DNA of 64,000 nucleotides from Azolla caroliniana (GCA_043228905.1 JBHGNT010000002.1:4526001-4590000), one strand, 5' to 3'. Shown: positions 37,530-50,538, counted from the first letter of the stretch. Translations and numbers: made by a program. Notes: generated from the sequence alone by a model not told the origin.

Positions 37530-38936
37530 AACTGAAATTTGTTATATGTTTTACTCAAATTAGCATTCTTAGAAGTACCTCATTTGGCTCTCATTTAAAA
37601 TTTTCTACCTTTTATAACTTGCTTTCCCCCCCCAAAGTCGAGCCCCGATTTTCTTCGATGGGGAAATTACACGGCTGCGACCACCACTTTCGAGGTTTCT
37701 TTTGTTATGTGAGCATTTATTTAATGGAATGTTTCCTTTCCTTATTCTAGGCTGGTGTCAGAATGCCTTTCCTCTAGAAGTACATTTTGGTCTTTTGATG
37801 GTAGAATGCAATCAAAATGAGGGCACTACATGCATGAGCATGGTTTCTTGGAATATGGTATGGAAACAGGTGACATATTTGGGAAATTTATTTTTCTTAA
37901 ACACAATAAATGTAGGATGCAAAGACATGGTGTGGTAACTTGAATTGAAATGCCATTATTACCATTTAAAATATTTGTTTAGTTGACAGAGAAATTTGTC
38001 AAGAACTAATTCTAGATACATGTTTTTAACATCCAATGAGCAGACATTCATAGGGCAAACCAAAAGTTTGAATTCATTACCACAAAAATTACAAAAACTT
38101 GCAAAATAAGTTAAATGAAAGTTCTAATCAATTAAAGGATTACCTGCATTAAGTTGAGGTGCACTCATATGTTGTGGTGTATATGTTACTTCGCATTGTT
38201 AAACTCTAGAATTTGATAATGCTAATTAAACATTGTCATATCATGTTAATCAACAGCAATGATTTGATAGATCAAATAACCTAACATGATCATGAATAAA
38301 AAAGAATATAAACCTTATCTACATAGGGAAGAGAAATATCACAATTATTCTAGAACTATAATGTTTGTTCAGTTTATATCACTAACTCTATATTTTGCAG
38401 CTCCAAATAGTACAATTTATGAGGTGAATACTTTGAACATTTGTTGAATCCTAATGTGTTTTTGTTATGTTATTTGTACATTATTTTGATTGAAAAGATA
38501 ATGACTGTGGATTCCATGTCTCTAGAAATGAGCAATCTTATGGATCCATGCCACCATATTTGTCACATCTGATTTTGAAATCATTTCATGATGTAATCTT
38601 ATGAATATACTATTGATAATTTATTAGATCAAGGTATTCCATGACTAATAATATCCAACAATACATTTACTATTTATCATGTTAGCGTCAAATGTTCTCA
38701 TTGAGCGAGATCTTTTTAAAGGTGGAGTCATGCCTTGAATATTGACCTCATTTGTCAAGGAGGTCAGATTGCCATATAACCTATTGATTGTGAGTTACAT
38801 GAGAATGGATGTCAAGCGCTCTCAACCCATTAACCTTGCATATTTTGACCTAGTGAACTTGCTAACTCACCTCTCTCACAAGGTTATCCTTGCCAAGAAG
38901 CTCGGTAAACACTTAATAAGATTAACGAATTAACAC

Positions 38937-39102
38937 TTCTTCTTTTTTAGTAACACTGTTATTACTAGTGGGAAACCTCAAAGTGAGGTGAAAACCCACA
39001 AAGAATAAAGAAAAATATACAAGTGTCGATTAGACACTAAAGAGCTTAAAAGCACTCAAAGCAAAGGTTATAAATTTGGAGTGTGATGTCTCTAAGTTGC
39101 AG
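38937..39102 (-). mobile_element. 5'-truncated non-LTR retro-insertion with a 12-bp TSD
   Basis: ACGAATTAACAC at 38925-38936 and 39103-39114; A-rich tail on the minus strand; body matches 10217-10332. Confidence 0.8.
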
Positions 39103-39156
39103 ACGAATTAACACATTAAAAAAGGTAGATGAGCACAAGTAGATGAGCACTCAAAA

Positions 39157-39231
39157 GAATGTAGCTCAGTTGGTAAGGTTGCTCGATGGAGATCGGGTGG
39201 TCGTGGGGTCATGGGTTCAACCCCTACATTC
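39157..39231 (+). other. tRNA-derived sequence (SINE head or tRNA pseudogene)
   Basis: A-box TAGCTCAGTTGG, B-box-like GGTTCAACCCC, terminal pairing GAATGTAG/CTACATTC; no clean anticodon arm; partial second copy at 39237-39280. Confidence 0.55.
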
Positions 39232-39499
39232 CAGAAGAATGCCACTTAGTTGGTAAGGTTGCCCAATGGAGACTAGGTGGCACAAAGGCGTTTGGTGAAA
39301 TAAGAGATATCTATGGAGTAATAGAGAGGTGAGAAAATTGGTTTCGAACCCAATATGTAGTGCTAGTACTGTAAATTACTTACCACTAGGGTAAGATAAT
39401 TACTCATAAAAAATAACTGAGTGAACAAGCAAATTTAATCTTAATAACTCAAAGTGATGAGTTAGAGAGCAATATTCGATATTAGGAGAGTTAGAAAAC

Positions 39500-42400
39500 T
39501 AGGAAATCAACAAGGTCCAAAAGTGACCTTTAAAGTTATTTCCAAAAAGGCGTTGTCCTCTTTCACATTTGGGTAACCCTAGGGCTCTCAATTTACTATA
39601 CTTCATATTTTCACCTCTCTTGGTTCCACACTTGGGTTCGATACTAATGTTGATATTATCAGTGTTGGGTGTGTTATGTACAACAAGTACTTTACATCTC
39701 CCCTCCAACCTAATGAATCCACAGTCTTGGGTGCCCCATGAGGATCCTCAAGTCTATTGAGGTGAAGAAGGGAATGGAAAAAGGTTGTCAACGGTGGGGA
39801 GAGAGTGAAAGATGTTGAAGACATTGTTAGTAGAAATGTAGATGGGGGGAAGATGGTGTGTGTGAGGGTTTGGGGGAAGTCAATTGATGTGGGGGGGCAT
39901 GGGGAGATGTCTGGATGGGGCAATGAAACGTTGGCGAGCAAGCATTGTCTGTTAAGAGGGGGAAGTTTGATATCCTACATGAGTGTGAAGAATTCCTTCA
40001 CGTTCCATACCAAACACTAATTATATATTGACTATGGTTTCAATGTCTTGTTGGTAGGACAAGGGTAAATTGGTTACCTACATTCAAAGACCAATCATTT
40101 AGTGCCTATTGGGGCCTTTGCTATGGTCGAAGTTGAGGCGTCACCCATTGGTGATGATATCATTCCTAATTGTAGTTTGAGGGAATATTGTGTGCCTATT
40201 GCTTGGCTTTGGGAGGAAATGGGGAAAGGAGCTAGGGAAAATTTTTGCCAAGGATCTACCGATGCTAAATAGTCACTTCTTTTGCGACTACTTGGTTGGT
40301 AGTGAGGTTGTTGCATCATATGTCATAGATCAAGTAGCCCTTTGATGAGTAATGACTTGTTTGTCTTTCTCTTTAGGAGATAAAGGCTTACTAATCAATG
40401 GAGACGTGAGATCATATGTAATTTTCTTGAATCAAGAACATTTACCTCCTTTGTGATCACCTACATCACATACCAAACAATGAGATAGCCTTGGTAGGAC
40501 ATGTTGATTAGGTAGCTTTGCGACAAGGCATATTGTAGACTAGTTGTATTAGATCATTGTTTCAATGCTTAAGTCCAAGTCATTGATGGTGTTGTTGAGA
40601 GGAAAATCAAATTGCTAGATGAGGACTCAACTAGAAGAGAGCCATTGGGTGTTATCGTCATAAAGTTTATTGGTGTTCATGTGTGGTAATGCCTCTACTA
40701 CCCAAATGAAGCCCTTTAGGCTACATGTACATGGTTCTAATGTCATGACTAGTCTATCATGGTTCAACCTATACATATGGTTAACCTAAGTGTCAGTATA
40801 CTTCCAATGTATACATACATAATTAGACCTAGATGTCCATGGTATTCATGGTTATTGTGGAGGTGAAGCCTAAAATGTGGTGTCCAATGTTGCCTTTTAT
40901 TGTCTCGTCTTAGTACGGGAACAATGAATTCAATTAAAAATCATTCATCAATTGACGATCGATCTAACCATCGAGTGTGGTAATTTGGTATTTATATTTC
41001 CTAATCCATTATATAACCCAATACAAACTAAACCATCAAAGGCATGTATTTTTATGTCATTGAGCCCTACCTTAATGGAACATCGATACAATTTTTACTT
41101 CACAAGATTGGTCCTCTTGATGTTTGTGGTAGTGATCAACAAATGTCTTCCATGTCTCCTATAGAAGTGCAAGTCACATCAAGTTCTCGATTTATTTTTT
41201 CCCGAGTTGCCACAACATATTGATTTTGTACTAAAGTAGTAATTGCTCTTTGTCCAGTTGCTTCACCGTTGGATTTCATAAACTTGATACTTGATGATGA
41301 CCTCCAAGCTAAATTCAAATGGAATGATATGCTCTTAATGTTTTTCTTGAAGCTCATCCAATATGCCTAGAACATAAACTAAAACTTTAACCTTAAATTG
41401 ATGTGCAACAATGACAATCTTCATATTTTTTTAATGAGATGTTTAGTCTATTGACTCTACCAAGTCATTTGTATAATAGGTAGTACCTTTTATGTGTACC
41501 ATTGCATATTGCATGGTTGGTTCATTGATGCCCTGATCAATGAAGTGCACCCATGGTTGTTGAACAACTTGATCAAAGCACCTATAAGAACAACTCTTGT
41601 TCTTCGTATAGAAAACAAGTCATAGATGTGACAATGTTTTCCCATAATACCTTTGCATCTGCCCACTTTTGGAGTAGTCAATGGTCATATCAATGTGCTT
41701 GTTGCCTATTTGGATAACTATAGGTTTAAATGGGATGATGAAGTTGAGGCCCCAATATGAAACAATTATAGCATAAGAACAAGGTGGTGAGGCACGTGTT
41801 ACTCAAGTATAGGTTGTTTGAAGCATTGACACTTGTCACATACCTTCTTGAATATATGCACATATTTTTACATTGTGGTCCACTATCATGATCGTTACCA
41901 TACATGCGCAATAGCATGGTTATAAGAATGACCCTTTGTGATAATGTGATGGGCTTCCGTAGGGACATTATCCTTCTCATGTTAAAAGAACACCCTATTT
42001 GCATCTATCATCCACGTCCATAGTGGAGGGTATTATTGAAGAGAGAAATTTTGCAGTTGCACACAATGAAGTGTTTGCATTCATCCTTCTTGAATCTAGT
42101 GGGATGCATCTATTTCTACAAGTATATCCCCCAAATTCATCAATGTAGGTCACTATTAGGGATAATTGATGGGTTGCACGATGGATCATGACATAAGGGG
42201 TGTTGTAAAGTTGTCTACATAGAACATCTAGCTCAACCACCATAATTTCTGGAGAACATGAGTGAGTGCTTGTGCATTTGTGGAGGTAGATCATGCAAGA
42301 TTCCCTTTTCCCTCCGTTGATCTAGGGCAATGCATTTGTTGTTGATGGTATGCCCTAGAAACTACAAAAGTCACTTTTGGGATATTGAAACGAATCTAGC

Positions 42401-42720
42401 TACTTGATACTTCTTTAGACATTGTGTTAAATAGTATAGTTAGTCTCGCACCACAACCTTCTAGTTGTTTCACTCCAGCCTAATGATTGTCAAAATGTTG
42501 TTTCACTCCAACCTTCTAGTTATGGACGATAAACATTCTAATTCTAATTATAATCAACACGCAACCTCAGCATGATTGTCAAATGTTGCTGTCTATCTTT
42601 TTACCATCATCATGGATTTTGTTCGTGAATGTTGTTGGTTTGCACGACTAGTGAATATTATACTCTTCATAACATTCACAAATGCAATTAAGTAAGTTTA
42701 CTTTTCCAATATTATTTCAC
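39500..42720 (-). mobile_element. Very old, fragmented LTR-retrotransposon pol relic (probably Gypsy)
   Basis: Only scattered RT/integrase-like remnants with many stops; boundaries approximate. Confidence 0.4.
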
Positions 42721-43180
42721 ATTATGAGCTTCTATTTATTACACACCAATTAGATGGCCAACAAGGAAAGTCATTGGTGTCACAAGTTTTGGATATGTAT
42801 GTTGATTTGTACAATTGGTGACTATTCCTCTCTTTATAACCTACACAAACACACTTAAGTGCACAATAGCCTATTCTTGATCGGTGAGACAAAGGTATGA
42901 AAGGAGATAGAAGGAGTTGAGCACTCACAACCGAATAAAGGGAACCGAATATTAAGGAGGGACGTGGGTAACACACCAAGCATGGAAGCCTATATAAATA
43001 CTATGTGTTTTTAGAATGAGAGGGGGAGGATATAAATATATTATTTTTGAAAGCAAGTTTATATTGAGAATAAGCGAGTGTGATACTGACAGTAGATCGG
43101 TACTTGTAATTGTGAGTGTTCATAATATATCATTCATTCTTGTAGGGTAATTTGGTGTGTTGGACTTGTGTTCCAAGTGT

Positions 43181-43628
43181 ATCGTCTGTGTAATCATAAA
43201 TCTGGAATCGGTTGTAGCTTATTCGGCCGGTTAACCTATACAATGCTCCTTACAAAGTTAAGAGCCGTCTATATTCCCGAGTGCGGTGCGGGACAGATGA
43301 ACTGGTTACCCTACCAAGAGTCAAGTTGAAACCCTTCAGGTCGAGTTACCTCCCTTCCCCTTAACTCCCGTTCGGCTAGATACACAGTTGACGGTACGAC
43401 TTGAATCGTCTGTGTAATCATAAATCTGGAATCGGTCGTAGCTTATTCGGCCGGTTAACCTATACAATGCTCCTTACAAAGTTAAGAGCCGTCTATATTC
43501 CCGAGTGCGGTGCGGGACAGATGAACTGGTTACCCTACCAAGAGTCAAGTTGAAACCCTTCAGGTCGAGTTACCTCCCTTCCCCTTAACTCCCGTTCAGC
43601 TAGATACACAGTTGACGGTACGACTTGA
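43181..43628. repeat. Recent 224-bp tandem duplication
   Basis: Copies 43181-43404 and 43405-43628 differ at 2 positions by eye. They lie in an LTR-like stretch (~42970-43712). Confidence 0.93.
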
Positions 43629-43949
43629 AATCCCTCTTTCCCACCACAATCACCTTGATCTGGTTACTTGGAAGTAGTAACCGGGAAATTGTTCCTCTCG
43701 GAAGGGGTAACACCTATGCTTGTTGAGTGTTTGATTACCTTACACTACCCAAACCTATCTTGATCATATTCGTACGCTTAAGTATTGTCTTAGCTAGAGT
43801 ATGACATATTGAATAATGTCCCACCTTGAATGCTTCTACTTCAAGTCCACCTCTTTTGCACGCCATGCACAAACCAAAGAATATTAAAGCAACATAGGAG
43901 CAAGAGATAATATCATTACATTATTTCTGGCTCATATACTTCGTTGATG

Positions 43950-44690
43950 ATGTATTTGTGGAAAGATTTGTCATTTGGTATTGGAATATCCATATTTGTG
44001 GTGCACATTAATGATGTATACCATAAGTTGGTTGTCAAATAAAGTTTTGGATACATGGTACCTCGACATGGAGAGTGGTGCTTCGAGTTTTAGATGTTGG
44101 ATGGCTATCTCATCTTCCATTTTGTGCAAAAGTGTTTCTTTGGCGTGCGATGGTTGGTGGGTTGCCTTTGACAATGGCTTTAAAATGAAGACATATTTGG
44201 AATGGAACATGTTTTTTTTTGTATTGTGGCTAATGAAGATGCCAAACATGGGTTAATTGCATGCTCGGTTGCTAAAGCCATTTGGGTGGTTATACCACAA
44301 AGTTGGGCATCAATAACAAGAAGTATTTTGCCACATTTTAAGTGGGTTATTATCAATGATGATAAAGCTATACCTATGCCATCATATCATGTAGTCTTTG
44401 ACTAACTTAGGTATTGGGGGATGTGGTTTAATTGGACCATGATAAATGGGTTCTTGTTTGATGGACTTCGTGGAGTAATACAACGTCGTAGGATGAAAGG
44501 GAAGTTGATTTGGCAATTTTCGCAACCATGTTGCGTGGGGATGTTGTCACAAGATGAGGTAGAGTTATGTCATCTAGTATCACAACATTTTAGAGGGTTT
44601 ATCTTGCCATGTAAGTAGTGGAGATAGCAAGAGTTGTATTATCATCTTGTTTTAATAGAAAACATATACTTACAAAAAAGAAGAAGAAGA
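43950..44690 (+). mobile_element. Degenerate L1 3' end with an A/GAA-rich tail
   Basis: Trp-rich zf-RVT-like remnants ('FRCWM', 'CSVAKAIWVVI', 'WGMWFNW'); tail aaaaaagaagaagaa at ~44674-44688. Confidence 0.5.
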
Positions 44691-45542
44691 TAACATCATT
44701 AGAATATGACCCCACAAATTTGTTAGACATTAGAAGCAAATTCTTTTCTATAAACTAAAAATAGTCTTCTTATTAAAGCCTAATTAAAATTTCCTAGGTT
44801 TCCTACTAATTTTGGCAATCAAGGCTTTCTATGTGTTAAACACTCATTAGATAACCAACAACCATCTACGAGATCTCAATGCATTTTAGTGTTTATAGCA
44901 CCAATCAACCATAATTTTTCATTAAGAGAGGGTTAGGGAGTTTTGAACGATTGTGAATTTCTCAAAGAGATAATCACAAAGCATACTTCTGAATATGAAC
45001 TCTCCAAAATTTGTCTTGAGACTAGGGATCGGCAACGGCTCAGCTCAAGCCTAAACCGTTTGGCTTAGCCGGCTTGGCGGCTCGGCTCGGCCAAATTAAC
45101 GTCTTCTAAGGCCAAATTTGGCCCATGAGACAATTGGTTTACAACAAAAGAGTATTTATCCAGTCATCATAACTAAAATAAAATTAAGTAAAAAATAGAA
45201 CTTAAACTAAAAGAGTTCTAGTAGTGTACAATACATAGTATACTCGAAAGTGACTACACACTAAGCCTAATTTTATTTCCACCCAAGCCTCTCGAAAAGA
45301 AGTGGGGGGTCAAAGGGTCTTGATGTGGGTGTGACCCGTGGTTCCAATGTAGAGAGAGCCCTAGCCATGGCTTCTAGGCGGTGTAGCTCACGTTCCCTTA
45401 TTTTCAATATTGCTTCCACATCACGTCGAGTTGCTTTGAAACCCGGCACCCGAGGACGTCTGGTTCTTCTCTGGTTTTCTGCCTCATCAATGGAAAGGCC
45501 GAGTGGTGCAAGTGTGTCGGCATTCGTTGTCTCCCCCTGTTC

Positions 45543-48500
45543 CTAAAAAACTTCATTTGTTACATGTTCGTGATCATTAGCAACATTATTGTCAACATTT
45601 TGTAACTTATTCTCTCTATGTTGTTCTAGCTCTAGAATGTATTTGCCTAATTTCTTTATATCTAGAGTATCTAATAGTTTGGGGAGGGTGGGAGACGAAC
45701 CAAGTATGTCTTGGTATTTTGCCCTTATCTCGACATAGGTTGGACACTTGCATGTAAAGTGGTACTCATCCTCTATCTCTATGTGACATAACCTACATAT
45801 CCTTTCCTCCCTAGGGACTCCACTAGTACGGCCATTCTCAATCTCAAGTTGGTGAGATGATATTCTAAGTTGTCCAATGGCAACCCTTAGTGCATGTGGT
45901 AAGAATACATCTAGATATTTTGGCCGCGTGATAAAACCTAACTCAGAGAAGTGCATGAAGTGTTTCTTATAGTACAACATTTTAGATGGGAGTGACTCTA
46001 GTGGGGTGATCCATTTACACCAAGTGTAAATTTGCCATATTTCTTGGTGTATTACTTTATTGCGGTCCTCATGAGAGATTAAAGTGTTATCACTCGTGTG
46101 GTTGTACCTAAGGGGAGGTAGGTTATTAATGTCTAGACCATTCGCAAGAAGCCAACTCACCATCATGCCATACCATGAGCTAGTATAGCCGGACTCATAC
46201 AATGATCGAGAGGCCTTAAAGGCTTGATGAGATATTCTATCATGTGGTTGGCTATGTATCCTGTGAATGAAGATTACAAGTTGAAAAAGTGCCTCTACTA
46301 ACATTGGGGGTAACGTGAACTCAGCCCTAATAATGTCATGTGGTCTCTCTAATTGCGTCCACATGAAAGATGGTAATCCTGGAGCCCAAACCGCTGATGC
46401 ATACATGAGGGAGGGGGTCACTAATGAGTCAAAGAGCCACCCTTTAGTCCGTGGCTCTTGAAAGTGTGCTTGGTGGCATTGTCTCTCTAGGAGTGAGAGG
46501 GATGCATGTCCTCTCGTGAGTCTATCCTTCGTTGCCTGTGTCATCGAAAATTTACCTGAGCGGGCACTAAAAGTGACTCCGAGATAGACGTATGATCCAA
46601 CCACCTCGACTGGGCTATGGGAGATAATTAGGTGACACTTAGCTCTAACTTGGGCCGATGTGTGGAAGATAAGGACTTTCATTTTCCCTAGATTCACTAC
46701 CAATCCTCGTTGTACACAAAAGTCATCTAAGGCATTAAGGTGCCTTTGTAGGTCGTGTTCGGATTCAGAGAGCAAAACTATGTCATCCGTATAGAGCAAG
46801 ATATGAACTTGCGTATCCCCAAGGACCACTCCAGTGCCTCCCTCATGAGCAATAAAATCTTTGATCTCATCAATGAAGATCCCAAAAAGCGTCGGTGATA
46901 GGGGGCAACCTTGTTTTACACCAATAGTGCTAGTGAAACGATTAGATAGGCCACCTGGGCATCAGACACACCCGGACACTTGTTCATATAGTGCGTAGAT
47001 GGCCCATACCATATCATCTGGTATTCTCAAGCTTTTAAGTCTATCAAACAACCGCTCTCTAGGGACTGTGTCAAAGGCTTTGCGGAAGTCCACAAAACAA
47101 CAATATAATTTCTTCTTGCGAGCCTTAGTTTGGTCAATTAGGCATCTAAGTGTGAAGATATGATCAATAGTGGAGAAGGCTCGTCTAAAGCCAGCTTGTT
47201 CAGGTGCACGAAGGTTTAGGGTCTCCATATAGTCATTAAGCTCTTCCATTACTGCACCATATAACTTAGCAAGGGTATGGCCTATCATAATGGTCCTATA
47301 TGTATTTGGGTCCATGGGGTCCCCCCTTTTAGGTATGGGGGCCACTGTATTCATAGTTCACTGTGGTGGAAAACCCTCCGCAAGGGCACGATTGAAGATT
47401 AGAGTTAGCAAGGGAGCTAGGCACTCTCTCGCATATATAATGTGTTCTGCTCACAATCCTGTGTGGTCCATGGACTTCCTATGTTGTAATTTCTTTATGA
47501 CCTTCACGACCCTAGAGGTCGTGAAAAGTGTCCCCGTGGTAGGCCGGGGTGTGGAAGGCATTGGAATGGGTGGTTGGTTTGGGATTTGGTAAAGTCTCTC
47601 TATATATGTGTGCCAAGTTTCGGGATCTTTGATGGGTGTTTGTGGTCTTGGCTCCCGTAGTCTCTTCCATGCCGTGGCGCAATCGCTACTCATGAGCAAT
47701 GGTAGAGTTCCCAATATTGGGATGCCTCCCACACTCGTCTCTTACGACGTGTCATCTTGCGCATTTCTTTGCGAGCTTGTATGGAGGTAATACTACCATT
47801 GAGTTGCGATATTGTAAGTTGTCTATGTAAGTCCCTACAATCCTCATCATACCATTTATTTTGTGGCATTGATCCTGATCTACCTTGATTTGAGTGTTTT
47901 GTATATGGGAAACTGCTAGCTGCTGCGGAGTGAAGGATGTGTGTGAATTTCGTACTAAGGCTTTCTAACGGTAGGGAGGGATCAAGGGAGGGGAGATGGG
48001 CCTGAACATGTTGAGAGTATATGTCAGAGAGCTCATGTGTGAAATGTATAGTGGTGTGATGGCATGGTTGACTAGACTTGGTGACCTTAGAGATATCACA
48101 TTTTAGCTCGAAGTATAAGAAACTATGGTTTGCGCCAATAGGGCATGGGGCCACTCGGAAGGAGTTAATCATGTGGGTAGCTTCAGGGCGTCCTATTAGA
48201 TAATCAACTGTGGTTTCCCCTCCTCCATGTGGGAAACATGTGAGCTCTTCCGAGCCCGGCCACTTAGCTAAACCATTATATATGACCATACGGTGCCGAC
48301 TGCCAAGTTCGAGCAGATGATGGCCAAAGCTCGTGGCGTCCGCACCTTGATCCTTTGATCTACATGTGGTGCCTATGTCTAAAGGATCGACATTTACCAT
48401 TTCTAGGTTTCTATTCATCTGAAATACTGTGCATTGTCAGGATTGGGTTCTCGCATTGAAGTCTCCTACAAGAAATACTTCTCCTTGGGAAGAATATCGG

Positions 48501-48970
48501 ATTATGTCATCCGATAGGGGTTCATATGGAGAAGGCCCATGTGGCATTCCTTCATCGACTAATCTCGCCAAGCCACCAATATTATAACGGGATCCTTTTG
48601 GGGGAAAGTAACAAATGGCGAAAAATACGGCCTGGTCTTTGCTTGTGGAGACTTTCACCCACATAAAACGAGCTTCTGGGTCTATCTTCATTATTTCTAT
48701 CCTATTATGTAGCTCTCTACGAAACAGTATCGCGACACCTCTAGATCCCCTAGTAGTGTGTCGACGTGAGGTTTGTCTAAAAGCAGACTCCCAACGGAAT
48801 CCTTCGACCCATGGGAGTCCTCTATTTGGGCTCTAATGTGTTTCTACCAAGAAAAGTATATCAGATACCTTTAGTATCTCCTCTAGGCGGCCGGGGTGTG
48901 CCCAGAGTGCGCTGTTACAATTCCATAAGGTCATCCTAAGTGCATTTTCTGTCACATGGGCCACACGCCG
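45543..48970 (-). pseudogene. LINE ORF2 (endonuclease and reverse transcriptase) with several stops and frameshifts
   Basis: 'LRMTLWNCN', 'FLVETH', 'GVAILF', 'LVGDFNART', 'TVDYLI'; RT 'PIPKRGDPMDPNTYRTI', 'EQAGFR', 'FVDFRKAFDTV', 'GVKQGCPLSPTLF', 'LLYTDDIVL', 'YVYLGVTF'; tail 'RISSHQLEIENGR...REERICRLC...EDEYHFTCKC'. Confidence 0.93.
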
Positions 48971-49783
48971 TCAATTAGTAGTGCGATCATTTATGATCAC
49001 TCGCCCGTCTCGGTAAAAGGCGCGATGGCCTTCTTTACGAGCTTGCATAACTCGTGGCATACAACTCTTGCGATGCTCAATTTGCATCTTAGTGAGGTCT
49101 TCATCGAGATAGATGGGGTCCCCACCCATTCCTCGAAGGATTGGTCTCTTCTTAAAGAAAGTGATTCTAGAGTCTAAGTCTTTAAATTGAAGGACTAAGG
49201 CTCTCTTCCTAGTTGTGTCACGCCCGGCCCTCCATGCTTTGGTGATAGGTAGGGCCTCTGTGTACCCTAACATTTTCCCAAGTGTTTGTGCATCCTCATT
49301 TGGGGATGCACCTTCCTTTAGCCCAGTGACACGGACATTTAAGCGTCGGGCCTGACGCATTTTCTCTTCTTCAAGGGTGGTATTAACAATATTTTCATCT
49401 TTTATTTCTTTTTTAATGTTTCTTTTAACCACATCTACCCAACCCGTTTTAGCTAACTCTATGTTATTATTAACTTCCTCTTTAACTTTTTTAATTTCGT
49501 CCTTTATATCCTCTATAGAGGATATTTCACCGTCTTCTCAAGATACCTCGATGTCCTTAAGTTGTTTTTTAAGGTCGGTGTTTTCCACTTTAAGTTGTTC
49601 TATTTCGGCCTCGAGGGCGTCTTTTTCCTCTCTATCTTTTTTCTTGTGGGTTTCGGCGTCTTTCACCCATTTTTTCTTATCCATCTCTATTTTTGTTAAA
49701 CGATTAAACATATCTAAAAAGTCCTCCTTACTTATAGCCTCGTCTTGTATATCCTTATGTTCCTTAGTTCGTTTAGACGTCAT
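48971..49783 (-). pseudogene. LINE ORF1 (coiled coil plus RRM-like region), one internal TGA at 49540-49538
   Basis: ORFs 49783-49538 and 49432-48971 share a frame; Lys/Glu-rich coiled coil, then 'RRLNVRVTGLKE...RALVLQF...IYLDEDLT'. Confidence 0.8.
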
Positions 49784-49964
49784 TGTGGTGTCAATAAGAA
49801 AAAAAGGTAAAATAAATGGGTTCGAGACTTAGCCGAGTTTGTGTGTATGTTGCAATCACATCGGCATTTTGTAGCACGCGACGAGCACACCAAAAGAACC
49901 CTCCCACGAACTCGTCAAGAAAATGGCACTTCACAACGTCAAGAGAAAACGGAGAAGAAACACC

Positions 49965-50139
49965 CCGCGACGACGACGGTGATGACGACAGACGACGGTA
50001 GTAGACGATGATGACAGCAAACAGCGGTAGTCGTCAGACGACGACAGCAACAGTCGGCAACAGACAACGGCTATAGACGATGACGACGACAATAAACGGC
50101 GATAACAATGACAAAAAGAGCCGTACACAGAGACGAGGA

Positions 50140-50186
<47 letters not shown>

Positions 50187-50409
50187 AGACGGCGACAACT
50201 GCAGATGGTAGCCGACGGCGACGGCAGCAGACAGCGGTAGTCGTCAGACGACAACAGTAACAGTCGACAGCAGACAACGACTGCAGACGACGACGACGAC
50301 AATAAACGACGACAGCAACGACAGAGAGAGAGAGAGCTTGTGTTTGTTTGTGTGTGTGTGTTTTAGAGAGAGAGAGAAGAAGAAGAAGAAGAAGAAGAAG
50401 GAATTGGGT

Positions 50410-50464
<55 letters not shown>

Positions 50465-50507
50465 ACAGAGACGAGGAGAGAGAGGGAGAGGGAGGGAGAC
50501 AACATAA

Positions 50508-50538
<31 letters not shown>

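Larger units (their letters stand above)
45095..49930 (-). mobile_element. Near full-length APE-type LINE (RTEX-like), decayed
   Basis: ORF1 then ORF2 with APE endonuclease, RT and a C-terminal Cys/His motif; 5' boundary approximate; no TSD found. Confidence 0.92.

Noticed and set aside
43181-43404. Possible ribozyme (retrozyme-like) in the duplicated unit
   Set aside because: No hammerhead core (CUGAnGA...GAAA with flanking helices) seen.
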